DNA of 64,000 bases from Deltaproteobacteria bacterium (GTDB taxonomy: Bacteria; Myxococcota; JACRCW01): assembly GCA_016218805.1 (NCBI GenBank), contig JACRCW010000039.1:1-64000 (forward strand). Reading direction: 5' to 3'. Position numbers and translations under genes: made by a program. Positions within the stretch are counted from its first letter, which is position 1. Each line of letters begins with the position of its first letter. This document shows, piece after piece, positions 49,922-60,381 of this stretch. The notes under the pieces are model-generated. The model saw only the letters and a list, made by a program, of their open reading frames with translations. It did not search any database and was not told the origin of the DNA.

Positions 49922-50431
49922 GTGAGCACACGCCATTCTGCCCGGCGCCGCCGTGGCTTCACCCTGCTCGAACTCATCGTGGTGGTAACCGTGGTGGGCA
50001 TCACGGCCAGTCTCGGCGTTGCGCAGTGGCGCGGCGCCAAAGATACCGCAGAGGCGCGCGCCGCAGCCAAGACCGCGGCGTCCCTGGTGACCACCGCCCG
50101 CATGTTGGCACAATCCCGGCGGAGCTTTGTGAAGGTCAACGCCGTCACCACTGGCCGGGGCAGCATTGTGCTCCAGGAGTGCCACAAGGCGTTTGGCGAC
50201 TACTCCACCGGCGGGTGTACCTACACGGACCTGGATCAAACGCGGATGACCATGGGCGCGGACGACTACTCCACGCTCACGCTGCAGAACGTCTCCGGTG
50301 GCCCCATCGTCTTCACGCCGCTGGGGCTGGGCGACTCATCCAACGCGGACATGGTCCTGTCGTTTGTCAGCCGTGGTGGCAACAACTCCCGAACAACGGT
50401 GTCAGCCCAGGGGCTGGCCATTGCGAACTGA
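49922..50431 (+). CDS. FimT/FimU/GspH-like minor pilin
   Basis: RRRRG|FTLLELIVV prepilin cleavage site; IVFTPLG. Confidence 0.85.
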   Translation: MSTRHSARRRRGFTLLELIVVVTVVGITASLGVAQWRGAKDTAEARAAAKTAASLVTTARMLAQSRRSFVKVNAVTTGRGSIVLQECHKAFGDYSTGGCTYTDLDQTRMTMGADDYSTLTLQNVSGGPIVFTPLGLGDSSNADMVLSFVSRGGNNSRTTVSAQGLAIAN

Positions 50432-50443
50432 CCGGAGACGACC

Positions 50444-50935
50444 TTGGCCCGCGCCACGCCTTTGACCGACCTGATGCTCTCCTGCGAGCCACCGCGGGGA
50501 TTCTCCCTGCTCGAAGCCGCGCTCGCCATTAGTCTCGCCAGCATGATTGGTCTGGGGACTCTGAGCTTGCTTGATACCATGCACCGCACCAAGCAGACGA
50601 CCCGCGCGCGGTCAGAAGCCTCGGCGATTGCGCGGGACACCTTGGACACCGTCCTCAGCCTGACCAGCCCAACCTCGGGCGGTGCGGCCTTTGACGCCAT
50701 GTTGAAATCCCCGGCCAGCCCGTTTTCCCTCGGCACCGTCAGCACATCCGCGGACCTGTCCACCGGGGGAACCTGGACGGCCAGCGCATCACTCCCGGGT
50801 CCGTTCACGCGTGAACTCACGCTGGCCCACGCGACCGGCGATCCCGACTCCTTGCTGACCCTCACGGTGGACGTCTCCTTCCAGCAGGGCACTCAGACGC
50901 GCCACGTGGTGGTGAAGTCCAAGGTGCTCCGGTGA
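50444..50935 (+). CDS. PilV-like minor pilin
   Basis: RG|FSLLEAALAI; FTRELT...LTVDVSF. Confidence 0.8.
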   Translation: MARATPLTDLMLSCEPPRGFSLLEAALAISLASMIGLGTLSLLDTMHRTKQTTRARSEASAIARDTLDTVLSLTSPTSGGAAFDAMLKSPASPFSLGTVSTSADLSTGGTWTASASLPGPFTRELTLAHATGDPDSLLTLTVDVSFQQGTQTRHVVVKSKVLR

Positions 50936-52023
50936 CCGCCGCCGGCGCCGCGGGGCGGCGGGCAGGCTTCACGCTTCTGGAGTTGGTGGTGGCCTCCACG
51001 GTCATGCTGGCCGTGTTGGGGGGACTGGTCATGCTGACCGCGTCCATCCCCAAGCAGGCGCACACCCTGGCCATCCGGGTGGACACGCAGAACCGCCTGC
51101 GCATCGCCCGGCACATGCTGACCCAGGAGCTTCAGAATGCCGGCTTTGGATGGCGGCGCGAAGGGTACAGCTCCGTTGACACGGGCACGTTTGGAAGCGC
51201 GGGCTACACGGTGACAGGGTGGCCAACCCGTCCGGTGCTCACCAACTTCTCCACCACCGGCATGGACACCGGAACGGACACGCTCACCGTGGTGCTGCCG
51301 GTGGACTACAATGCGCTGGCCGGCGTGGACACCACGGCCACGGCCGTCAGCTGCCCCGGCACCACCGGCAGCGCCGTGTTCCCCACAACCACCAACGCCT
51401 CCAACGCCGCGGGTTGGGGCGGCGTTGCACTGCTGTTTGACGCAAACGTTGCTCACTTGGCCCCCATCGCGGCGGCGGCGTCATCCTCGCTCACCTTGAC
51501 CATCGGGGACTGCGGCACCGCAGCCGGTGGAGGAGGCGTGGCGGCGGGCGCGAACTTCCCGAGGACCATGAGCGTCACGCGGGTGAAGTACGTGACCTAC
51601 CGCGTGGCCGCCGGCCGCCTTCAGCGAGCGGAAGTGACCACAAGCGGTGGCACGGCTTCGTTTGTGGACGTGGTGGACGGTATTGAAGACCTCCAGGTCC
51701 GGTTTGTTGTCACCGTCATCCCGCTGTCTGGCGCTGCCAGCACCGGGGAGGTGTTATGCGAGGGCAACACCGGCGCCACCTTCCCCTCCGCGGACAACTC
51801 CACCTGCGGATCCCTGGCCCTCCGCAAGACCGCCATCTCCGGTAACGACGCCGTGCGCTTGACGGCGGTGGAGGTCGGTCTGGGCGCGCGGTCGCTGCCG
51901 GCCACCAACGATATCGTCACTGCGCGACCCGCGCTCTTCGATCACGCGGCGGGGAGTTCTGACAAGTATGTCCATCGACAGGAGGTGTGGCGTGTGGCCC
52001 TTCCCAATGCGTACGCATTCTGA
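50932..52023 (+). CDS. PilW-like minor pilin
   Basis: AG|FTLLELVV; ELQNAGFG; VVDGIEDLQVRF; ends VALPN. Confidence 0.85.
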   Translation: MTAAGAAGRRAGFTLLELVVASTVMLAVLGGLVMLTASIPKQAHTLAIRVDTQNRLRIARHMLTQELQNAGFGWRREGYSSVDTGTFGSAGYTVTGWPTRPVLTNFSTTGMDTGTDTLTVVLPVDYNALAGVDTTATAVSCPGTTGSAVFPTTTNASNAAGWGGVALLFDANVAHLAPIAAAASSSLTLTIGDCGTAAGGGGVAAGANFPRTMSVTRVKYVTYRVAAGRLQRAEVTTSGGTASFVDVVDGIEDLQVRFVVTVIPLSGAASTGEVLCEGNTGATFPSADNSTCGSLALRKTAISGNDAVRLTAVEVGLGARSLPATNDIVTARPALFDHAAGSSDKYVHRQEVWRVALPNAYAF

Positions 52024-54691
52024 CCCGCCCGCCAGGCGCGCACGGCAGCGGGGATTCGGACTGGTCCTCACCATCGCAGTGGGTGCGGCGGTATTGGCGG
52101 CCGGCGCGGCAGCGTTCTCCGTCATGCGCACGGAGGTGCAGGCATCCAACGCGGAGTTGGCCAGCACGCGGGCCTATGCGCACATGATGGCTGGCTTGGC
52201 GCACGCCGCGGCGGCCCTCAACGCCAACCAGGCCACCGCCGAATCACAGCTGAAGGCGGCCATGGCGGGGTCGGCGGCATCACTTGGGTCGCTCGCGCTC
52301 AAACCCTTCAACGCTTCGTCCCCGGACCTCTCTGGCAAGGTTGCGTTCGACGACGGCGACTACTCCGTGTACGTCGCGGACGATCCCGCCGACCGAGACG
52401 GCGACGTGACGCTGGACTCCAACAAGCGCTTCGTATTGCGCGTGGTTGGCCGCCACCGCGGCTCCGAGTCTGCCGGGGAGTTTGAGGTCAACCTCCCGTT
52501 CCTGGCCAACCTCCCGGGCGCGTTTGTTGGCTGTTTCGCAGGGAACACCTCCGGTGTGAAGTGGGTCTCTGAGCAGGGACCGCTGGCGGGCCTCGCCCGC
52601 TTCCGCATTGACGGATACACAACCCTGCCCTCCAACAAGGGCCAGCACGCCATTGTGCTCAACCGGGACTTCCAGCGCATGAACGGGCTGGCGCAGTGCA
52701 TTGACGGCACGGATTCGCCTCCCTGCCCCACCAACCGCAACCCGCGGCTGTTCTACCCGCCCTCCACGACGGCTGACCAGGACCCCCGGCGCTTTGCGTC
52801 CGCCGGCGTGGGCGGCGTGGGCACCGCCCATCCGTACGACCAGGTTCTCATCGGGTATCGCGGCGGCCCCACGGCCACGGACAACTACGAGGCCCAGTGG
52901 GCGGCTCAGAAGGACGACGAGGCCCGCAAGGGCATCTACGCGTGCGACAACCACGCCACGGACACCACCAGCCCCCCGCACAAGGACGCGGCGTATAACT
53001 GCAGCATGGGTGCGGCGCTCAACGGCGCGCCCAACTGGGCGGACAACAACGCCAACCACAGCGGGTTGTCCTGGAACGTCATCCAGTCCGTGGTCCGGCA
53101 CTGCCGTGGCAATGGTCGCTATGGCATTGGCAGCCACTACCTGCAGGTGCGCTGTGATACCGGGTACAAGTACCTGGAGAACGTGGCAGCGTGTCTGATT
53201 CTCCCGCCGGAGCTGCGCACGTACGTCCAGAAGAACGCCACGCTGGGCGGCACTCCGCCTGCGGCGTGGGGGCCCGACGGCGTGGTGGGCGGAACGGACA
53301 ACTACCGCGAGGATGACGGGGCCCCGAACACCGCCGTGGGTACCAACCTCGCCGGGTGCCTGTCCGGCACCACCACCTGCAACCAGGAGGGTGACTTCCG
53401 GCTGGACTTTGGCGAATGCAACGATGCGTGTGTGATTGGCACTTGGACGGGGAGCGATTCCAACACCTACCCGCTCAGCGCGTGCATCAATCTGGATTCC
53501 GCCGGCCAGCACACGTACGGCTTCGCGTCGGGGACCAACAACTCAGCCACGTGTTCGCCGCCCGCCACCGGTTCGGCCCATGACGACCACGTCACCGCGT
53601 CCGGCCACACCACCGGCTGGTGCGTGTACAATGAGGTGGGCTCCAACAACTTCCTGATGCGGCTGGACCTCACGGACCAGGGACCGCTGGGCACGTGCGA
53701 CACCAACTGCCTGCAGCGCGTGGCGGAGCAGACCACCGGAGGCGGATGTACCGTGCCCACCAACGCGGGGATGCCTGCCCCCGGCGACGTTGACGCGAAC
53801 GAACGCTGCGTGGCGGACGGTCTGACGCCAGGCACGGGTTACTCCAATCCGCGCAACCTGGTGCAGTTCTCCGGGTGGACCGGGCGCAAGAACTGGGACT
53901 CCAATGGCGACGGCACGGACGACGCGCGCTCATTCGCCTTGTTCTCCAAGCCCGCCACGTGGCTGCAACACCCCAACCACCGCCTGAACTGGCTTCCGTC
54001 AAACTCCACCAACGTCTGGACCGGCAGCAGCTTCGCAGACTATTGCGATCCTACCAGCGGCGCGCAGACGGAGATGGTCAATCTGCTGGACTCCCTGTCC
54101 ACGTCGGCGGCCACGGTCTTTGATGATGGCACCAACACCAACGGCGCGGTCACGTCCGGAACCACGCGCTACGTGGGCCTGTCCGCCGGCAAATCCAAGG
54201 ACGGCGCGGACCACACCGCGGACTGCCACTTCACGGACACCGTGGACGAATACGGCCGCGCTGATCCCTGGATGGACCCCACACAATGCAAGCCGTACGT
54301 GGTGCAGACAGCCAGCGGTCTCAACATCAACGCGGGCGGGAAGATCTGCGGCTGCGGGCTGCTGCTGGTGAAGGGAAGCGGCGGGTCGGGCAGCATCGCC
54401 CTGAGCGGCCAGCTGCTCTGGTACGGGCTCATTGTGGTCTACTCCAGCGCCGCCAACCTGACGCTCAACCACAACAGTTCGGGCACCAGCCCGTATCCGT
54501 CCAGCTTCTACCTGGAGGGCGGTTTCCTGGGCGTGGGCAGCGGCACCTCCACCAACCTCAACATGTCCACCAAGCTCAACAGCCTGACTGCCGGAATGTC
54601 CAACCACATCCGTTACAACCCGGTGGCCATCTCCGAAGCGCTTTCCAAGACGCAGACCTCGTCACGGAAATCCTTCCGCGTCCTGTACTGA
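52007..54691 (+). CDS. Giant PilX-like pilin with large Cys-rich insertion
   Basis: RQRG|FGLVLTI (no E5, as in PilX/GspK); A.A..MAGL..A; about 894 aa. Confidence 0.8.
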   Translation: MRTHSDPPARRARQRGFGLVLTIAVGAAVLAAGAAAFSVMRTEVQASNAELASTRAYAHMMAGLAHAAAALNANQATAESQLKAAMAGSAASLGSLALKPFNASSPDLSGKVAFDDGDYSVYVADDPADRDGDVTLDSNKRFVLRVVGRHRGSESAGEFEVNLPFLANLPGAFVGCFAGNTSGVKWVSEQGPLAGLARFRIDGYTTLPSNKGQHAIVLNRDFQRMNGLAQCIDGTDSPPCPTNRNPRLFYPPSTTADQDPRRFASAGVGGVGTAHPYDQVLIGYRGGPTATDNYEAQWAAQKDDEARKGIYACDNHATDTTSPPHKDAAYNCSMGAALNGAPNWADNNANHSGLSWNVIQSVVRHCRGNGRYGIGSHYLQVRCDTGYKYLENVAACLILPPELRTYVQKNATLGGTPPAAWGPDGVVGGTDNYREDDGAPNTAVGTNLAGCLSGTTTCNQEGDFRLDFGECNDACVIGTWTGSDSNTYPLSACINLDSAGQHTYGFASGTNNSATCSPPATGSAHDDHVTASGHTTGWCVYNEVGSNNFLMRLDLTDQGPLGTCDTNCLQRVAEQTTGGGCTVPTNAGMPAPGDVDANERCVADGLTPGTGYSNPRNLVQFSGWTGRKNWDSNGDGTDDARSFALFSKPATWLQHPNHRLNWLPSNSTNVWTGSSFADYCDPTSGAQTEMVNLLDSLSTSAATVFDDGTNTNGAVTSGTTRYVGLSAGKSKDGADHTADCHFTDTVDEYGRADPWMDPTQCKPYVVQTASGLNINAGGKICGCGLLLVKGSGGSGSIALSGQLLWYGLIVVYSSAANLTLNHNSSGTSPYPSSFYLEGGFLGVGSGTSTNLNMSTKLNSLTAGMSNHIRYNPVAISEALSKTQTSSRKSFRVLY

Positions 54692-54699
54692 GTCCGCGC

Positions 54700-57057
54700 G
54701 TGCGTTTCCGGCCTTCCCCCTGGGCCCTGGTGGTCCCGGCCGGCGTGCTGCTGTTCCACGCCGACGTGCTGACCGGCCAGCGCGCCTTCTTCTTCCGGGA
54801 CACCTTCATGGCCAATGAGCCGCAGCGCCGCTTCCTTGCGGACGCGCTGCGGGACGGGCGCCTGCCGCTATGGAACCCGCTCGCCTTTGCCGGCGTGCCC
54901 TTCCTGGGGGACCCCAGCACCGCCACACTGTACCCGCTCAACGCGCCCTATGCCGTCCTGGACTTTGACGCCTATTTCCAGGTTTTCATTGTCCTGCATT
55001 TCTTCCTGGCCGCGGTGGGAACCTACCGTTTGGGACGCACCTTGGGACTGCGCGCACCCGCCGCCGCCGTGGCCTCCGCGTCGTTCGCGTTCTCCACGCC
55101 CCTCATCCAGCTCTCCGGAAACATCATGTATCTGGGCGTCGCGTGGATGCCGTTCTACCTACGGTCACTGGCGCTCGCTGCGGCGCATCCGCGTGCACGC
55201 GTGCAGGCCGCGTGGGCCGCCGTGTTCCTCGCTTTGCAGGTGCTTGCCGGTGATGCGCAAGGCGCGCACTTGGCCACCTTGCTGGGCCTGCCCTGGGCGA
55301 CGGCGGCCGCATGGCGGCGGCGGCGCGTGCAAGCCGCGCTGCTGACCTGGGCCGTCAGCGCGCTGCTGGCCGCTGTGCTCGCCGCCGGCGTCCTGCTCCC
55401 CGCCCTGGAGTTCATGGCGCTGTCCGAACGCCGGGGTGGCCTCCCGCTGGAGGACGCGCAGACCTGGGCGTTGCACCCGCTGCGCCTGATCGAGCTCGCA
55501 TGGCCCCATCTTTTCGGTGGTCACCCTGACTTCGAATCCACGACCTGGTGGGGGCGGTGGCTGCACAACAGCCAGGACGGGAGCCCATGGACCACCACCG
55601 TCTCATGCGGCGTGGTGACGCTGGTGCTTGCCGCATTTGGCGCGGGCGGACCCCGGCCGCGCTGCCGCGCCCTTCCAGCCATCCTGGCCGTCCTCCTGCT
55701 GTTGTTGGGCATGGGCGCCCGCACCCCGGTGTTCCGGCTGTTCCACGACTTCGTGCCGTTGGCCGGCAGCTTTCGCTACCCGGAGAAGTACGCCGTGCAC
55801 GCGCTGTTCTTCCTGGCGCTGGCGGCCGGGCTGGGCGCGGACCGCGCGCGGGCCAACCCGCGTGCCCTGACCGGACCCGCCGTGGCGGCGTTGGTCGTGG
55901 CTGCCCTGGCCGCGGCGGCGGCGGTGCTCGGGTTCGACCGGGCCACCGAGTGGTTCTCGTCCTTGCGGCCGGAGGAGGTGGCGCCCTACTTCGATGCGGA
56001 GTCCGCCGCCGCGCACCTGGTCCACGTCGCCGGAGGCACGCTGGCGGCGTGCGGGCTGCTGTTGCTCTGGCCCCTCGCGTCGCCGCGCGTGCGCGTCGGC
56101 CCGGCCGTGTTGCTGATCATCGTCTGCGCGGACGCCGCCGCCACCGCCCGCGCGGTGACCTACACGTGCGACCCGGCGCTGTATGCGCCGCTTGCTGACG
56201 ACAACCCGTTCCTCAGGGCACTGCGGGGGGAACCCGGCGGGGCGTTCCGCCTCCACCGCGAGCCCATTCTCTTCCGCGAGGCCGTGGCAGACGTGGGCAA
56301 GGGTGCCCTGTCCGAGCGCGTCCGCCGCATGGAGCGGGCGACCCTGTTGGCCAACACCGGGTGGAACCAAGGCGTCTCCTACGGCGTGGCGTTTGGCGCA
56401 GCGCGTCCCGCAGACATCGCCCAACTCGGTGCAAGCGGATTGGCCAAGCTGTTCCCCCGGCTGGGCGTGCGCTGGCTCATCGTGGACGCGGGCGACCAGC
56501 GCTTCCGCGCACCGCCGTGGGAGCCGGTGGTTGTCGATGACCGCCGCACTGCGGTCCTGGTGCGCGACCCGCGCGCGCTGCCGCGGGCGCGGTTCGTCCC
56601 AGAAGCCACGGAGGTGGGGACCGATGCCCTGCGCGAGGAACTGCTGGCCTCCGACCCGACGGACGCGGCGCGGCGTGTTCTGCTTTCGTCGGACCTGCCG
56701 CACTGCGCGCCGCTTCCCGGCCCACCCGACGCCTGCCCGGCGAACGCACCCGACGCGCGCATCGTGTCGGACGAACCGGAGCGTGTCCGCGTATGGGCAC
56801 GGTCGGACGTGGCGGGGTGGCTATTCCTGGCTGACGCGAACTACCCCGGCTGGGAGGCCACCGTTGACGGGCGCCCGGTTGACATCCTGCAGGCCGACCT
56901 GCTGTTCCGCGCCGTTGCATTGGCCCCCGGTGCGCACGACGTGGAGTTTGCGTTCCGCCCGCGCCCGGCGCGCGTGGGGTTGGCCCTGTCCGCCGCGGCG
57001 TGGACCGCGGTGGCCACCGCACTGTGGCGGCACGCCCGGCGCCGGAGTGTCCGTTGA
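54700..57057 (+). CDS. YfhO family membrane protein (GT-C glycosyltransferase-like)
   Basis: FFRD, G.LPLWNP..FAG.PFL.DP..A.LYP, FRYPEK, ADANYPGW.A.VDG, GAHDVEFAF. Confidence 0.88.
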   Translation: MRFRPSPWALVVPAGVLLFHADVLTGQRAFFFRDTFMANEPQRRFLADALRDGRLPLWNPLAFAGVPFLGDPSTATLYPLNAPYAVLDFDAYFQVFIVLHFFLAAVGTYRLGRTLGLRAPAAAVASASFAFSTPLIQLSGNIMYLGVAWMPFYLRSLALAAAHPRARVQAAWAAVFLALQVLAGDAQGAHLATLLGLPWATAAAWRRRRVQAALLTWAVSALLAAVLAAGVLLPALEFMALSERRGGLPLEDAQTWALHPLRLIELAWPHLFGGHPDFESTTWWGRWLHNSQDGSPWTTTVSCGVVTLVLAAFGAGGPRPRCRALPAILAVLLLLLGMGARTPVFRLFHDFVPLAGSFRYPEKYAVHALFFLALAAGLGADRARANPRALTGPAVAALVVAALAAAAAVLGFDRATEWFSSLRPEEVAPYFDAESAAAHLVHVAGGTLAACGLLLLWPLASPRVRVGPAVLLIIVCADAAATARAVTYTCDPALYAPLADDNPFLRALRGEPGGAFRLHREPILFREAVADVGKGALSERVRRMERATLLANTGWNQGVSYGVAFGAARPADIAQLGASGLAKLFPRLGVRWLIVDAGDQRFRAPPWEPVVVDDRRTAVLVRDPRALPRARFVPEATEVGTDALREELLASDPTDAARRVLLSSDLPHCAPLPGPPDACPANAPDARIVSDEPERVRVWARSDVAGWLFLADANYPGWEATVDGRPVDILQADLLFRAVALAPGAHDVEFAFRPRPARVGLALSAAAWTAVATALWRHARRRSVR

Positions 57058-57908
57058 CCCCGTTGTCCACCCACCGCAGCCCGCGGCCTGCGGCGCCGAA
57101 ACCCGAGGAGGAACCCGTGCCGCCTACCGAAACCGTCACGCTGGCCGGCACCCTCCCGCCCCTGGAGACGCCCACGCGCGAGTCCCTCCTCGCCGAAGCG
57201 GAGGCGCTGGGCGAGAGCTTTGCGAAGGTGACCGCGCACACGGCGGACCTCTGCGCCGACGCGGAGGTTGCCCTGGGCGCGCTGGCGGACCTGGGCGACC
57301 TGGAGGAGCGCGGGTACGCCGTCAGCCTTGGCCTGCTGCACCGCATCAGCATGCTGGGGGAAGAACTGATCCCCGCCTCGGCGGGATGCATGGAGCCGCC
57401 CGGTGACAACGCGCCGGAGACCATCAAGGCCCAGGCCGTGCAGCAACGCCTTCTCGCCATCATCGGGGATATCGCCGTTATCTTGGAGGCAGCGAGTGTG
57501 CCGGGGGAGGCGTTCTCGCTGGAAGCGAACTCCGCCCCCGGTCTCAACGTGGTGATGATGCGGATGCAGGAGATGCTGGCGGCCGCGACGGCCTCGCCGG
57601 CACGGGAGCCGGACAAGACGCGCCTTGATGACCTGATGACAGAGGCGCGCCAGTTGATGGACGCACAGGATGCGAGGTGGCGGCGGGCGCGTCTGAGGTC
57701 TACGGACCACTTCAGTGGCGGACTGCAAGTGGAGAGGCTGAAGCGGATGCTCCTGGACGCCCTCCTGCACCTTTCGGCACAAGGGTTGGCCGCCAATCCG
57801 GGCGACCCGCTCAGGGAGCAGACCTACAGGCTTGACGGGATCCACGGGCGGCGCCCGAGCGTGGTGGGTGACCCCGCTGCGGAGCGCCGGAGGGACATAC
57901 TGCTATGA
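57054..57908 (+). CDS. Hypothetical alpha-helical protein
   Basis: Translationally coupled at both ends (TTGA and ATGA overlaps). Confidence 0.55.
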   Translation: MTPLSTHRSPRPAAPKPEEEPVPPTETVTLAGTLPPLETPTRESLLAEAEALGESFAKVTAHTADLCADAEVALGALADLGDLEERGYAVSLGLLHRISMLGEELIPASAGCMEPPGDNAPETIKAQAVQQRLLAIIGDIAVILEAASVPGEAFSLEANSAPGLNVVMMRMQEMLAAATASPAREPDKTRLDDLMTEARQLMDAQDARWRRARLRSTDHFSGGLQVERLKRMLLDALLHLSAQGLAANPGDPLREQTYRLDGIHGRRPSVVGDPAAERRRDILL

Positions 57909-58381
57909 CCGCACGGCACCGGCGCACGCGCGCGCGCGGGGACCAAGGAAGTTGGACCCAATCGATCCCGAGCCAGCCCTCCGCGTGCCCGCCACCCGAG
58001 CCGATTCGCGGCGCCACGCCCTTTGAGTTCTACCTGCGAAGTGTCGCGGCCATCTTGAGGGTCACGGACGCCGCCTCCCTTGGGGCGCTGGGACCATTGC
58101 TGGCGGATTTCCTCCGGCAACGGCCAGATGTTGAGCAGCGCGTGTTTGACGCGCGCTTCCGCCTTGCGGACACGCAGGACTCCGCGGCGGCGCGGCTGGG
58201 AATGCACCGGATCACAGTGCGGCGGATTGAGGACCGCCTCAAGGCCGGTTTCCAGCGCTACCTGCTCCGGCGCCGAGCCGGGGAGGCGGTACAGCCCCCG
58301 CCGCGTGGCGCACGCCCGGCCATCCCAATAGGTCTGCAAGGCCGCGGCGTCCTTCACATGGGCAAGGAGGAAACAACATGA
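57905..58381 (+). CDS. Protein with sigma-70 region-4-like HTH
   Basis: EQRVFDARF...TQDSAAARLGMHRITVRRIEDRL. Confidence 0.6.
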   Translation: MTARHRRTRARGDQGSWTQSIPSQPSACPPPEPIRGATPFEFYLRSVAAILRVTDAASLGALGPLLADFLRQRPDVEQRVFDARFRLADTQDSAAARLGMHRITVRRIEDRLKAGFQRYLLRRRAGEAVQPPPRGARPAIPIGLQGRGVLHMGKEETT

Positions 58382-59952
58382 GGCGAGGTTGCCTTTGGGT
58401 CTGGCTGCTGTTGGGTTTGGTGGCGTGCCAGTGTGACCGCACGCCGGGTGGCAATGATCGCGTGGACGCAGGCATGGACGCGGGGCGCGCCGGGAGCGCC
58501 GACGCGTCTGCCACGGGGCTGGACGCCGGAGGGAACGGCGGCCAGGACGCAGCAGCGACAGTCACGGACGCCGGGAGCGATGGCGGGGCGGACGCGTCGG
58601 TGCCGGACGCAGCAGGACCGGTGGACGCGGCGATCCCCCCCGACGGGTCTACGCCGGACGCCACCGTGGGCAACCGGGCACCCGTCCCCAGCGGGGACGC
58701 CGTGTCCACGCGGCTGAGCGCGCCGGTCACCGTGGATGTGCTGGCCAATGACCAGGATCCGGACGGTGACGCGTTGACCCTGGCTGCGGTGGATGCCGCT
58801 GCCCACGGCGCCACGGCCATGGCCGCAGGGCAGGTCACGTATGCGCCCGTTGGGGGGTACTTCGGCGCGGACACCTTCACGTACACCGTCCGGGACGGGC
58901 TGGGACTCACCGCGCAGGGCATTGTGACCGTCACCATCCTGCCCGGTCCGCAGGCGGCGGCGGTCAACGGCGACGGAGACATCATCGGGTTCGGAGAAGA
59001 CGGCGTCGCCGCTGTGCTGGTTTCCCGGTCGGCCGCGGGGCTGGCCGCGCGGCTGTCAACGCCGCGGTGGTCACCGGACGGTACCCGCCTGGCATTTGGT
59101 GATGGCACGCACGCCTGGACTGCCATGGCGGATGGCGCCAACCCCACCAGGATGGACACGCCCATTGACGGCGCCACGGATTTCCAAGGCGGACTCAGGC
59201 GCCTTGACTGGTCCCCCGATGGGCAGTGGCTCGCCCTCGTCGGTCTGGAGTTGTCCACGGACAACGACGCCCTGTTCGTGACCCGCGTGGACGGCACCAC
59301 GCCGTACACTCTGGTGGACCTGTCGGAGGACGGTGCCGCGTGGCTGCCGGACTCCTCCGGGCTGGTCTACACGCTGCGCAGCGGCGTGGTGCGCACGGTA
59401 TGGCAGCACACGTTGGGCGTGGGGAATGTGCATCTGTTTGGCGGTTGGGTGCAGTCCCTGTCCGGCACCTCCCGGCTGGTGTTCCAAGAGCGCAACCCCA
59501 CCACCGGCACACCGTACGACCTGGACCTGTGGCTGGTGACGCTGGGTTCTGCGGACCCGCCGCAACGCTTGGTGCCAGCCAACAGCCTGGCTGTGATGCA
59601 GCGGGAGGACCATGTGGCATGGTCTCCCCTCGGGGACGCTGTTGCCGCGCGGGCCAGCGTGCCGGGGCCCAATGACACCGTGATGGAAACGCGCGTCACT
59701 TTGCTTCCACCCGACGGAGGCGCGGCAACACTCCTTGCCCAGACAGCCGTAGCGGACAGCACCTTTCCCACGTGCTTGGCATGGACGCCGGAAGCCGCGC
59801 CCCGTTTGACCTGGGTGGTGGTGAGTCAGCCGCCGGATGGCATGCCCGCGGTAGTTCTGCGCCAGGCGGATGGCTCCACCACGGCGGCCCCGGTGCCGTC
59901 CCTGGCGGCGTTGGCGCCGGATTGCCTGCACTGGCGTGACCGCTTCCAATGA
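58378..59952 (+). CDS. Lipoprotein with DAG linker, cadherin/Ig-like (Big_9) domain and TolB/PD40-like propeller
   Basis: LVAC lipobox; NRAP...VDVLANDQDPDGDAL...GADTFTYTV.DG; WSPDG repeats. Confidence 0.85.
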   Translation: MRRGCLWVWLLLGLVACQCDRTPGGNDRVDAGMDAGRAGSADASATGLDAGGNGGQDAAATVTDAGSDGGADASVPDAAGPVDAAIPPDGSTPDATVGNRAPVPSGDAVSTRLSAPVTVDVLANDQDPDGDALTLAAVDAAAHGATAMAAGQVTYAPVGGYFGADTFTYTVRDGLGLTAQGIVTVTILPGPQAAAVNGDGDIIGFGEDGVAAVLVSRSAAGLAARLSTPRWSPDGTRLAFGDGTHAWTAMADGANPTRMDTPIDGATDFQGGLRRLDWSPDGQWLALVGLELSTDNDALFVTRVDGTTPYTLVDLSEDGAAWLPDSSGLVYTLRSGVVRTVWQHTLGVGNVHLFGGWVQSLSGTSRLVFQERNPTTGTPYDLDLWLVTLGSADPPQRLVPANSLAVMQREDHVAWSPLGDAVAARASVPGPNDTVMETRVTLLPPDGGAATLLAQTAVADSTFPTCLAWTPEAAPRLTWVVVSQPPDGMPAVVLRQADGSTTAAPVPSLAALAPDCLHWRDRFQ

Positions 59953-60381
59953 AGGCGCCACGCACCGCCCGGTGGTCGCGCCCCACACGGTCAACTCGCC
60001 GCCGAAAGATCCCCTGGGGTCTCGTCGTCACGCGATACCAGCTACCCCATCGGCAAAGCCCGCAACCGGGCACCTGAACGGTTACGTTCTGTGAAGCAAC
60101 GCCGCCCGGGTCTGTTGACGTCGTGATGCGCTTCGACGTTGGCGATGCGGCTTCGAACTTGCCCACACGGACAGGGGTTTCGTCTCAGGACCTGTCGGAT
60201 GCGTCGATACGCCCGTACACTTGGTGTGGGTTTGTTCCGTCACCGGCCGCCGGCAGCGAGCCAAGCCACAAACTGAAGTCGGAGCGGACGCGTGGCCTCC
60301 TCGGGTCGGGTGATGGCATTCCATTCTACCCGCCCCCCGGCCGCGGGCCGGAAGCGCAAAGCCGGTGACTTCCGCCGCTGG

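Noticed and set aside
60165..60200. CTGAGACGAAAC on the minus strand within a small hairpin, resembling a hammerhead core
   Set aside because: It lacks CUGANGA and stem II; the 59950-60380 gap looks more like decayed coding sequence.
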